Shown one piece after another: positions 18,460 through 27,441 of a stretch of DNA of 64,000 nucleotides. Source of the DNA: Candidatus Algichlamydia australiensis (GTDB lineage: Bacteria; Chlamydiota; Chlamydiia; Chlamydiales; JAJFMI01); the NCBI GenBank assembly GCA_033977065.1, contig JAXCHI010000004.1:160001-224000 (forward strand). The letters run 5' to 3'. The position numbers and the translations under genes were made by a program. The notes under the pieces were generated by a model. That model saw nothing but the letters and a program-made list of their open reading frames with translations, did no database searches and was not told where the DNA came from. How positions within the stretch are numbered: the first letter of the stretch is position 1; every line of letters begins with the position of its first letter.

Positions 18460-19560
18460 ATGGGAAGCTGGCCAAATTTACTAAAATTTTTTGTTTCGAA
18501 GATTGGGTTACCTGTAGTTGCAGTCTATCATGTCATTATTAGTAGCGTTTTTTTAAATGTTGCGGCAGTAGATGCGAACTGGCTTGAGCGAGCAGGAAAC
18601 GAACTTCTCGCCCCATCCCAATATCTCTTTGTTGGGAAAGTCGCTCTGCCGCAAACAGATGGCACCTACCTCATCGAGCAACGCTTTAGTTATGACGACC
18701 AGTTTATGCAAAAAAGTGTTGGTGCGGCTATCATCCTCCCCGTCTCATGGGTAGTTGGGGCGTCACTAAAATCTTTAGCCTATCTCGATCCAAAAGCGCG
18801 TGCGCGCCACCATGAAATTGTACACGCCTATCACTACGCAAAAACAAAACACAATCTTGTCCACTATCGCTCCCTTGGAATGAAAGTGGGGAAAAAACCG
18901 AAAAAAGTACAGCTTACAGGTCCGCACTTTCAAAGGCGGCCAGGAGATGAAAAAAATCTCTCTGTAGAAAAGCAGGCCTTAGCACAAATCGCATCGATCT
19001 TAACAGCAGAAGGAATTCCTTTTTGGATAGACCGCGGCACATGCCTTGGCGCAATGCGCTATCAAGGCGTTGTCCCATGGGATTACGATATTGATATTGG
19101 GGTTATTGCAAATGATTTTCAAAATGTCTATTGCGCACTAAAAAAATTAGATCCGAAAAAATACCAAGTGCAAGACTGGTCCTCAAGAAGACAAGACGCG
19201 CCATTTTTAAAAGTCTATGTGAAAGAGTCTGGTGCACTGATCGATATTTTCCACTATAGAATTAATAAAGCGGATAAGACATTGCAAGTCATTGTTGCCA
19301 ATAATGATAGCCTCTTTCTTTCTGACGGCTGGCGCGCTTACGAAGCGCGCTATGAAAAACCGATTCCCTTCTCAACAATTTTCCCCTTAAAAGTGGCAGA
19401 GTTTGATGGGCTTTGGTTGCCCGTACCGCATAAAACTAAAGAGTTTCTCACCACTTTTTATGGTGACATAGACAGGCCAGTGCGCTACTATTCTGAAGAG
19501 ACGGATGCATATGAAAAAGATTTAGAGCATCCCTACTGGCAAGAAGTCAATGTTTATTAA
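18460..19560 (+). CDS. LicD/fukutin family nucleotidyl-diphospho transferase
   Basis: GTCLGAMRYQGVVPWDYDIDIG, LIDIF, IFPLKVAEFDG...P...FL..FYG; start trimmed to ATG 18460. Confidence 0.85.
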   Translation: MGSWPNLLKFFVSKIGLPVVAVYHVIISSVFLNVAAVDANWLERAGNELLAPSQYLFVGKVALPQTDGTYLIEQRFSYDDQFMQKSVGAAIILPVSWVVGASLKSLAYLDPKARARHHEIVHAYHYAKTKHNLVHYRSLGMKVGKKPKKVQLTGPHFQRRPGDEKNLSVEKQALAQIASILTAEGIPFWIDRGTCLGAMRYQGVVPWDYDIDIGVIANDFQNVYCALKKLDPKKYQVQDWSSRRQDAPFLKVYVKESGALIDIFHYRINKADKTLQVIVANNDSLFLSDGWRAYEARYEKPIPFSTIFPLKVAEFDGLWLPVPHKTKEFLTTFYGDIDRPVRYYSEETDAYEKDLEHPYWQEVNVY

Positions 19561-20193
19561 GGAAAGAGTGAACAACTGCTCTTTTCGAGAGGAGTGCAAA
19601 AATTGAGATCAAATTGGTTTTGGAGAACGAAGCTAACTTGTTTAAAGTTAGCGAGTGCGAAAAATCGATTTGGACCAATTTTTGGTCGCCTATCGAAAAG
19701 TCTGAGTTGTTCAGTCTTTCCGAAGAAAGCAGCAATTTTTATCTTTTTTGTTCTTGTGGTCTACGGCATCGGTGCGCTTGGATCCTATATGACCGATCTT
19801 ACGGTAATGAATTGGTACCAGAGCCTTAATCGCCCCGATTGGACGCCACCTGATTGGCTTTTTGGACCCGTCTGGATGCTGCTCTATTTTGTTATCGCAC
19901 TTGTTGGCTTTCTTCTCTGGAAAAATCGCCGCGCCATCGATAGCAATGCGCTCTTTGGTCTCTATTGGGCGGGACTCATTTTCAACGGACTTTGGACCTT
20001 TCTCTTCTTTGCTCTGAAACAACCACTAGCTGCAGCAATTGACATCCTCTTTATCTGGCTTTTTGTCTTACTCTTTATGTGCAAAGCTTGGAGATATAAA
20101 AAAGTATTGACTTGGCTTTTTCTTCCCTACTTTCTTTGGATTACCTACGCTGCAGCAATCAACTGGGCGATTGTCTACTTGAATCCTAAATAA
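19550..20193 (+). CDS. tspO: TspO/MBR family protein whose 5' end is interrupted by a family B element
   Basis: WYQSLNRPDWTPPDWLFGPVW, LWTFLFF, LPYFLWITYAAAIN. ATG 19550 is in frame only if 19561-19721 is removed. Confidence 0.8.
19561..19721 (-). mobile_element. 161-bp palindromic MITE-like element, family B
   Basis: Ends GGAAAGAGTGAACAACT / AGTTGTTCAGTCTTTCC; central GCTAACTTG..AAGTTAGC hairpin. Confidence 0.85.
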
Positions 20194-20234
20194 ACTATCC
20201 AGCATAATTCTTCTCTTACGAAAAAGGAGAAGAG

Positions 20235-20549
20235 ATGTCTTTAGCAGTAGTAAAAGGGAGAATGAGTCAAAGAGAAATTGAACAAGTGAGCCTGATGTGT
20301 GAAGGTGCGTTCCAAACGGTGATAGGCTGTATGTCTCGATTCTCTCTAGGAGTCGATCTACAAGTTCCTTATAAGGAGAAGTTGCAATTCATTGAAAAAG
20401 TCGCACATTTTATAGTGTCGAAAAATCAAGAAGATGAGACTGGAAAAGTTTCCTTAAATTTCAGAATTGGAAACCAAGTTTTAAATTTTAATTTTAATTT
20501 TATAAAAGGTCAATTGCAGCTGAATTCAACGAAAAGACTTGCTCTTTAG
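20235..20549 (+). CDS. Hypothetical protein
   Basis: AAGGAG RBS, 104-aa ORF filling the intergenic space. Confidence 0.6.
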   Translation: MSLAVVKGRMSQREIEQVSLMCEGAFQTVIGCMSRFSLGVDLQVPYKEKLQFIEKVAHFIVSKNQEDETGKVSLNFRIGNQVLNFNFNFIKGQLQLNSTKRLAL

Positions 20550-20589
20550 CTGTTATTAGGGTAAAATAATTTAAACCTTGTGGGAGGAG

Positions 20590-22086
20590 ATGGCATCCGA
20601 TAACGAACCCCAGTTTGGAAAATGGCGTCAGAGACTCTGGCCCATCCATCGATTTGAGCTGAAAAAGTTTCTTCCGCTCTTAATATTAAAATTTTTAGTC
20701 TCCTTCAATTATGTTCTTCTCTACAACACCAAAGATACTCTTGTTGTAACAGGGGAGCACTCCGGCGCTGAAGTGATCTCCATCCTAAAGGGATGGTTTG
20801 TTCTTCCTTGCGCCTTTCTTGTCCTCCTGCTCTATACAAAATTGAGCAATAAACTCTCAGTTCAAAAATTAATTTACGCATTTTTAACACCATTTCTTGT
20901 TTTCTTCTTTGTATTTGGTTTTATCCTCTTCCCAAATAAAGAATTTTTTACACCCTATGCGCTTACAGAGAAGCTTTTCGCCTTTGTGGGGCAGGGACAT
21001 ACCCATTGGATTGCTCCGATTCACAACTGGATGAACTCGATTTTCTACGTCGTAGCAGAGCTTTGGGGGCAGGTAGTCATCATGCTTCTCTTTTGGACCT
21101 ATGCCAATAATATTACTCGGATGAAAGAGGCAAAGCGCTACTATACCCTTTTCACAGCAGCAGGCGATTTTGGCCCGATGATTGGAGGGGCGCTAGTTGC
21201 CTGGATTGCTGCCTCGCAGAGCAAAGGAAATTTTGTAGCTACTGTGCAGCAAGTCTCTACAATGGCAATTCTGGTTGGTTTCTTAATCATGGGAGTCTTT
21301 TGGTGGATGGGGCGCTATGTGATGACAGATCCGCGCTTTGTCGATCAGGAAGAGAGAAAAGAGAAGAAGCAAAAGCCAAAACTCTCTCTTGCAAAAAGCT
21401 TTAAGTACATCCTTTCATCAAAGTATCTACTCTGCTTAGCTGCCATGGTTATTGGTTACGGTTTAGCCATGAACTTAGTTGAGATTGCGTTTAAGGCGCA
21501 TCTAAAACAGCTCTATCCAGTTGCCAATGACTATCAAAACTTTAGTGGAAAGTTGATGTTTTACACGGGACTTGTGCCCTTTTTTGTGGCGCTTTTTGCG
21601 GGAGGAAATATTCTGCGTGTATTCGGCTGGACCAAAACTGCCATGATTACCCCAGTTGTTGTGGGAGGATGCGGAGTGCTTTTTCTTCTCGTGTCGATGT
21701 CTATAGGAAGAATGGAGGGACTCTCTGCTATTTTAGGCGTAACACCTCTTGTGCTCGTCGTGGGAATCGGAGCGTTTCAGAGTGTGATGGCCAAGACAAT
21801 GAAGTACTCACTTTTTGACCCAACAAAAGAGATGGCGTTTATCCCTCTTGATCCGGAAGCTAAAATCAAAGGGAAAGCAGCAATTGATGTTGTTGGTTCG
21901 CGTCTTGGAAAGTCAGGATCGTCTTGGCTGCAAGCAGGCCTGCTGGATACCATTGCAGGCGGATCGATTCTCAACGTCACCTGGTTTTTAGCACCAGTTG
22001 TGACTCTGGTTGTCTTTGGGTGGTTAATGGCCATCCGCAAAATTAGCCCAGAATTTACAAAAGTTGCGGAGGAAGCGCGTGGATAA
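20590..22086 (+). CDS. ntt: Nucleotide transporter (Npt/Tlc ATP/ADP translocase family)
   Basis: WPIHRFELKKFLP, KDTLVV, FYVVAELWG, KYSLFDPTKEMAFIPLD, KGKAAIDVVGSRLGKSG; substrate not assignable by eye. Confidence 0.95.
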   Translation: MASDNEPQFGKWRQRLWPIHRFELKKFLPLLILKFLVSFNYVLLYNTKDTLVVTGEHSGAEVISILKGWFVLPCAFLVLLLYTKLSNKLSVQKLIYAFLTPFLVFFFVFGFILFPNKEFFTPYALTEKLFAFVGQGHTHWIAPIHNWMNSIFYVVAELWGQVVIMLLFWTYANNITRMKEAKRYYTLFTAAGDFGPMIGGALVAWIAASQSKGNFVATVQQVSTMAILVGFLIMGVFWWMGRYVMTDPRFVDQEERKEKKQKPKLSLAKSFKYILSSKYLLCLAAMVIGYGLAMNLVEIAFKAHLKQLYPVANDYQNFSGKLMFYTGLVPFFVALFAGGNILRVFGWTKTAMITPVVVGGCGVLFLLVSMSIGRMEGLSAILGVTPLVLVVGIGAFQSVMAKTMKYSLFDPTKEMAFIPLDPEAKIKGKAAIDVVGSRLGKSGSSWLQAGLLDTIAGGSILNVTWFLAPVVTLVVFGWLMAIRKISPEFTKVAEEARG

Positions 22087-23137
22087 TTTAGAAAATTGCC
22101 TTTGGGGATTTGGGTGGCTGATTGCAATTGCTGCGATCTTTTGTGGAACCTTTGTCTTTCACATCATCTACTCATCGCTCTACCGTAAATTTTATAATCG
22201 TGCGAAGAAAAAAGACAAAATTTGGGAGAGTGCCTTTTTGCGCGCGATGTACACCCCAGTAAAAGTTTTAGTCTGGCTTGTTGCCATTAGTTATTCAGCC
22301 GATATTGCGATCTCCCATTTTCAAACCGATGCGCTAAAGGAGGTGGCAAAAGCCTTCCGGATGCTGGGAGTTACCTTTAGCTTCATCTGGTTCTTGATTC
22401 GCTTTATCAAAGGTGTAGAGCAAAACCTCTCTAAGCCAAAGAGCTCTGGGCAGAAGATGGACGCCACAACTGTGCGTGCAATCGGGCAACTGCTACGAAT
22501 TGCCACTTTTGTGACGGGAATACTCATTATTTTACCGACGCTCGGAATCCCTATTTCGGGGATTGTGGCTTTTGGTGGAGTTGGAGGTATCGCCGTCGGT
22601 TTTGCCTCCAAGGATCTGCTAGCTAACTTTTTTGGCTGTCTGATGGTCTTTCTCGATCGTCCTTTTGCGATAGGGGATTGGATTCGCATCCCGGAGAAAG
22701 ATATTCAGGGAACCGTTGAACATATAGGCTGGCGTACAACCCGTATTCGCTCCTTTGAGAGACGTCCACTCTTTGTTCCAAATTCTCTTTTTACAACGGC
22801 CTCCATCGAAAACCCCTCCCGAATGAGCAACCGCCGTATCAAAACAGATATTGGGGTTCGCTACGGCGATGCAACAAAAGTGCGCAAGATCGTGGAAGAT
22901 ATTGAAAAAATGATCCAGACTCATGAAGATATCGACCAAGGTAAAACGATCATGGTCCACTTTGTGAATTTTGGGCCCTCATCACTCGACCTCAACATCT
23001 ACTGCTTTACGAAAACAGTAATTTGGGGAGAGTACCGCGCTGTCCAGCAAGATGTCTTCTTAAAATGTATAGACATTATCACAGCCAACGGCGCTAGTTG
23101 TGCCTTTCCTACGACAACTGTGCATCTTCATCAATAA
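22079..23137 (+). CDS. mscS: Small-conductance mechanosensitive channel
   Basis: GFASKDLLANFFG, DRPFAIGDWI, GTVEHIGWRTT, AFPT; GTG start with GGAGG RBS. Confidence 0.9.
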   Translation: MDNLENCLWGFGWLIAIAAIFCGTFVFHIIYSSLYRKFYNRAKKKDKIWESAFLRAMYTPVKVLVWLVAISYSADIAISHFQTDALKEVAKAFRMLGVTFSFIWFLIRFIKGVEQNLSKPKSSGQKMDATTVRAIGQLLRIATFVTGILIILPTLGIPISGIVAFGGVGGIAVGFASKDLLANFFGCLMVFLDRPFAIGDWIRIPEKDIQGTVEHIGWRTTRIRSFERRPLFVPNSLFTTASIENPSRMSNRRIKTDIGVRYGDATKVRKIVEDIEKMIQTHEDIDQGKTIMVHFVNFGPSSLDLNIYCFTKTVIWGEYRAVQQDVFLKCIDIITANGASCAFPTTTVHLHQ

Positions 23138-24552
23138 CCAGCCAGCTTCTTGGCCATTTTGCGAAAAATAATGAGATGGAAAGGGAACATGGCCCACCAG
23201 TAGAGACGACCCCAAACACCTTTCGGGCGATAGGTTGCTTCCTGAGTGAGCTGACCACCTTTTTGGATGCGCCACTCTAGCCACGCCTCGCCAGGAAGTT
23301 TCATCTCAGCATAGAGAAGCAATCTTTTATTCGGTTTGTCTGCTAAAATGACCCGCCAAAAATCCAAAGTATCTCCGCAGCGCAAGTCCTTCGGATCGCG
23401 CCTGCCGCGCCGCATCCCAACACCTCCAAAGATCTTATCGATTTTTCCTCGAATGGCCCAGAGGTAGTTTACACCATACCAGCCTTGCTTCCCTCCAATC
23501 GACCAAATTCTATCGAGAGTACTCTCTTCAGAATCTTTTATAGAAACTGTCTGTTTGTCTTTTAAACAGCCGTGGTGAGGGGGGTAGACATAGTGGCTAA
23601 GATCGGTTGAGAGCGAACTAAAGACAAAACTATCTTTCCAGCTAGAGATCACACCACTCTCTTCAATTTTAGAAAAGGCGCGCTGCAGTGCCTCCTCATA
23701 CGTAAGGCATTTATGAGGAAGAATACGATCTACCGCGTCATCTTTTTTAATCGCCTCGTTCTTCACTCCCTCTATGAGTGAGCGGGAGAGTGCAAAATTT
23801 ACCGAAGTTACAAAAAAGAGCCAAAGAGCCGAGAGGTGGGGAGTCAAAATAGGAATAGGAATAATAAAACGTTGAAGATTACGAGCTTTGGCATAGCGCT
23901 TCATCACATCTTTGTAAGTCATGACTTCGGGTCCGCCAATTTCAAAAGTCTGCCCAGCACACCCTTTATTCCCAAGACTTTGTGTGAGATAGTACAAAAC
24001 ATCATGAATAGCAATCGGCTGGCAGCGGCAGCGAATCCATTTGGGTGCAACCATTACCGGGAGTTTTTCTGTAAGATCGCGAATGATTTCAAAAGAGGCG
24101 CTTCCGCTACCAATAATGATTCCGGAGCGAAATGTTGTAAGAGGGATTTTTCCCCTCTGTAAAATTTCCTCTACTAGTCGACGAGAACTCAGATGCTTTG
24201 AGAGAGATTTGTCATTTGCAATTCCACTCAAGTAGATGACCTGTTTTGCATCTGTCTTTTCAATCGCATTTAAGAAATTCAGAGCTGCCTTAGAATCAAG
24301 CTGCTCAAAACTTGACTTTGACGAAGTCATAGAGTGAACGAGATAGTAAGCAGCGTCGAGATCTTTTGGAAAGTCCAAAGTCTCAGGCTCGAGAAGATCT
24401 CCCTTAATGACTTTTGCATTTCCCACATCTCCTAGACGTTCAGGGGAGCGTGCAAGACAGATAACCTCATGGCCTTCCGCAGTTAACTTCGGTAGTAGTC
24501 TTCTAGCAATATATCCCGTGGAACCTGTAAGCAGTACTTTCATTGCGGTCAT
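23131..24552 (-). CDS. NAD(P)-binding SDR with DUF2867 domain (YbjT-like)
   Basis: LTGSTGYIA, HLSSR, IIIGSGSASFE, LDFWRV, AEMKLPGEAWL. Confidence 0.88.
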   Translation of the reverse strand: MTAMKVLLTGSTGYIARRLLPKLTAEGHEVICLARSPERLGDVGNAKVIKGDLLEPETLDFPKDLDAAYYLVHSMTSSKSSFEQLDSKAALNFLNAIEKTDAKQVIYLSGIANDKSLSKHLSSRRLVEEILQRGKIPLTTFRSGIIIGSGSASFEIIRDLTEKLPVMVAPKWIRCRCQPIAIHDVLYYLTQSLGNKGCAGQTFEIGGPEVMTYKDVMKRYAKARNLQRFIIPIPILTPHLSALWLFFVTSVNFALSRSLIEGVKNEAIKKDDAVDRILPHKCLTYEEALQRAFSKIEESGVISSWKDSFVFSSLSTDLSHYVYPPHHGCLKDKQTVSIKDSEESTLDRIWSIGGKQGWYGVNYLWAIRGKIDKIFGGVGMRRGRRDPKDLRCGDTLDFWRVILADKPNKRLLLYAEMKLPGEAWLEWRIQKGGQLTQEATYRPKGVWGRLYWWAMFPFHLIIFRKMAKKLAGY

Positions 24553-24694
24553 GATGAATGAAGATTAAAATAACAGCAACGAAAAAAAAATTGTTTTCTG
24601 TAGAAACATAAGCTCCATAGCCATATCAAAACGCCCCATCGCTGAAGGGATGCCCGACGCCTAAAAAAATGTTGACCTTGTTCTCAAAGGTTGA

Positions 24695-24740
24695 AATATA
24701 CCAACTTTATTGGTTATATAACCAATAAAGTTGGTATATT
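24695..24740. promoter_or_regulatory. Perfect 46-bp palindrome, putative double operator
   Basis: AATATACCAACTTTATTGGTTAT followed by its exact reverse complement, ending at the base before ATG 24741. Confidence 0.8.
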
Positions 24741-25088
24741 ATGCTCGAAGCAATTTTTGGAAAGGCAATCTATGAAAAAATTCTGTTTTATCTCATTGCC
24801 AATGAAAAAGCGTATCCATTGCAATTAAAAACCGCATTGGATCTTCATCTATATAGTGTGCAAAAAGCACTGGATCGCTTGGAGTATGGGGGAATTCTTG
24901 TACATCAGAAAACAGGCAAAACTCTTGTATATCAATTCAATCCTAGATATTTTTTTCTCAAAGAGTTGAAACAACTTTTAAAAAAAGCCTATTCTGCGAT
25001 ACCGAAAGAGCAGGTAAAAAAGTATTATCAGCCGCAAGTTCGTAAGCGACCAAGAAGACGTGGCAAACCCCCAATGCGCGATGAGTAA
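24741..25088 (+). CDS. Winged-helix DNA-binding protein
   Basis: VQKALDRLEYGGIL...GKTLVYQFNPRY; basic tail RKRPRRRGKP. Confidence 0.8.
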   Translation: MLEAIFGKAIYEKILFYLIANEKAYPLQLKTALDLHLYSVQKALDRLEYGGILVHQKTGKTLVYQFNPRYFFLKELKQLLKKAYSAIPKEQVKKYYQPQVRKRPRRRGKPPMRDE

Positions 25089-25321
25089 AATAGACCTTTC
25101 AAATATATCTCTCAAAAATTTTGCCGGATATATTTCGTAAAAATTGGCCAAAATGAGGGAAAAAGACAAAAACCTGTTTATCCGGATAGGTTCCAAGAAG
25201 TGGTCTAAAAATGAAAATAAATCAAAAGAATACAACCTGTTTATTTGTAGGTTTGATAAATTAAGAGAAAATTAATTATAGTTTGTTTAATTAAATAGCA
25301 GGTTTATTTATATAAAACAGT

Positions 25322-26221
25322 ATGCATAAAGATCACATGGGCCTTGCAATTACCTATTCGCTTCTTGCTGCCTTTTTCTATACACTTATGGGAGTGCTTG
25401 TAAAAATTAGCGAGCAGACCCTTCCCAATGAAGTTGTAGTCTTCTTTCGACAACTCTTTTCTCTACTGCTTTTCGCACCCATCTTTTTTATCAAGATGAA
25501 CGTAGGTAGAAGAAAATCCTATAGAACTAACCGATTTCCTCTCTATCTCATTCGCGCCTTTTCAAGTATTGCAGCTTCATACTGTCTCTTTTATGCGATT
25601 TCAAAGTTGCCTCTTGTTGATGCGGTCTTGCTTAGCTACACGCGTCCACTTTTTTTACCTATAGTTGCCTACCTTTGGCGTGGCAAACGCTGGTCTAAAA
25701 ATGTCTGGTTTGGTTTGTTGATCGGATTTTTAGGCGTTATCTTGATTTTAAAACCTGCTGGGCGAGTCTTTGATATCGCCACACTCGTTGGTTTAGCAGC
25801 AGGTCTATTTGGTGCAATTGCCTTTATCACAATTCGCCGCATGACCAAAACAGAATCCTCGGAAAAAATTCTCTTTTACTACCTGCTCCTCTCGATGCCC
25901 ATCACAGCACTCCCCATGGTTGGTGTCTGGACCAAACTCAACATGCAACAAGTTTGGATGATGCTCGCCATCGGTCTTGTTGCAATGCTCTACCAGCTAA
26001 TGATGACAAAAGCCTACCAGCGGGGCAAAGCGTATAAAGTCGCATCGCTCCTCTATTCTACCGTGATCTTTGCTGCTCTCTTTGACTGGTACATGGGCAG
26101 AAAGTTTCTCGACTATGTCTCGTGTATCGGAATTCTCCTGATCCTCATCGGTTCTGTCTTCTCCCTTGTGAAGATGTCTAAGGAGAAGAAGGCTTCTGCT
26201 GATTTTCTCGATAAAAGCTAG
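25322..26221 (+). CDS. EamA/DMT family transporter
   Basis: VVFFR, LPLVDAVLLSYTRPLF, GFLGVILILKP; 10 TM. Confidence 0.88.
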   Translation: MHKDHMGLAITYSLLAAFFYTLMGVLVKISEQTLPNEVVVFFRQLFSLLLFAPIFFIKMNVGRRKSYRTNRFPLYLIRAFSSIAASYCLFYAISKLPLVDAVLLSYTRPLFLPIVAYLWRGKRWSKNVWFGLLIGFLGVILILKPAGRVFDIATLVGLAAGLFGAIAFITIRRMTKTESSEKILFYYLLLSMPITALPMVGVWTKLNMQQVWMMLAIGLVAMLYQLMMTKAYQRGKAYKVASLLYSTVIFAALFDWYMGRKFLDYVSCIGILLILIGSVFSLVKMSKEKKASADFLDKS

Positions 26222-26346
26222 GCAATAGTAATCTGTAACAGAAAATGGTATTGTCAAAAGGGCAGACAGTCAGATTGTAATTGCTCAAATCTATTTGACA
26301 ATTACTTTTGACTCTGTATTATTTTTTACTAAGCGGGTGGTTGAAG

Positions 26347-26841
26347 ATGAACGAATTAAGAAAATATACTGAAATGCAGAATCCTTGCGTTGCTAATTGT
26401 GGCCATACATATGAAGATGAAAAACTCAACGAGTTAATTGAACAGGGTAAAGACTGTAGCTTTTGTGGAGTGCCTCTTCAGACCAGCACGCCCAATCTTG
26501 CTTTGATAGAGATAGTAAAGCATCAAGAAAACCAGGAGCTGTATGAGGACCCTGATGAACTTTATAGATCGGTTGAAGAAGTGCGCAGATGTGTTAATTT
26601 TATTTTGGAAACTCAGCACTTTTTTGCTATTAATAGAAATGAAATCATTAGGAATAAAAGAATCCATAGCGAAAGATATGTAGAATTTAAAAGTGACTCT
26701 GGAATTTTTAGAAGTTATCCAGATCTACAGCTTGATACCTGGATAAAAAACACTATAGTAAAAAGAGAAGAGAATAAAAAAGAGTCAGAAGATGTATTAG
26801 CACCTATAAATGCCCAATATGGGTGTTGTATTATCCAGTAG
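26347..26841 (+). CDS. U-box/RING-like putative E3 ligase effector with C-terminal CaaX
   Basis: MQNPCVANCGHTYE...CSFCGVPL...PNLAL; ends GCCIIQ. Confidence 0.72.
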   Translation: MNELRKYTEMQNPCVANCGHTYEDEKLNELIEQGKDCSFCGVPLQTSTPNLALIEIVKHQENQELYEDPDELYRSVEEVRRCVNFILETQHFFAINRNEIIRNKRIHSERYVEFKSDSGIFRSYPDLQLDTWIKNTIVKREENKKESEDVLAPINAQYGCCIIQ

Positions 26842-26887
26842 TTGTCTGATTTTATCACGTCTCCCAAAATTATTTTATTCTAAGATT

Positions 26888-26983
26888 GCTAATCTCTGGC
26901 TTATTATAAATAACTTGGATGACTCTTTTGAGGCAATACAACGAGTTCTTCATTCGTTAATAAGAACAAAGTCAATAATTTAA
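26888..26983 (+). pseudogene. C-terminal remnant of an ankyrin gene
   Basis: Reads ANLWLIINNLDDSFEAIQRVLHSLIRTKSII*, versus ANSTLVMNDLESFSDTTQQVLHSLTKTKRAF* at the end of 27442-30126. Confidence 0.75.
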
Positions 26984-27058
26984 AAAATCACTAGTTTTGG
27001 CTGCGCTCGGCTTCTGTTGCTTCGATCGTGGAGCGGAGCTCTTGGAAGTTGGCGATCA
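26981..27058 (-). repeat. Duplicate of the ndh 3' end (30124-30201)
   Basis: 78 bp with 2 mismatches, both synonymous in the ndh frame. Confidence 0.93.
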
Positions 27059-27375
27059 CAGCACTCCCCATGGTTGGTGTCTGGACCACACTCAACATGC
27101 AACAAATTTGGATAATGCTTGCCATCGGTCTTGTTGCTATGCTCTATCAGCTAATGATGACCAAAGCCTACCAGCGCGGAAAGGCTTACAAAGTTGCTTC
27201 ACTTCTCTACTCAACTGTCATCTTTGCTGCTCTCTTTGACTGGTACATGGGCAGAAAGTTTCTCGACTATGTCTCGTGTATCGGAATTCTCCTGATCCTC
27301 ATTGGCTCTGTCTTCTCTCTCGTGAAGATGTCCAAAGAGAAGAAGGCTTCTGCCGAATTCCTCGATAAGCATTAA
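27055..27375 (+). pseudogene. Duplicate 3' third of the eamA gene (25901-26221)
   Basis: 321-bp collinear copy joined to the ndh fragment at ATCA; lacks the 5' two-thirds. Confidence 0.92.
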
Positions 27376-27441
27376 GAATAAATTGATCAAAATGTCCTTT
27401 TGTTATATCATTTGTCCTGAGAAAAATCTTAATTTCTAATT

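Noticed and set aside
25088..25260. Possible degenerate palindromic element with two AACCTGTTTAT...TAGGTT hairpins
   Set aside because: Too weak to define ends or assign a family by eye.
27028..27375. 115-aa ORF as a genuine new fusion gene
   Set aside because: It is nine antisense ndh codons joined to an eamA fragment, a by-product of the duplication junction; expression cannot be supported.
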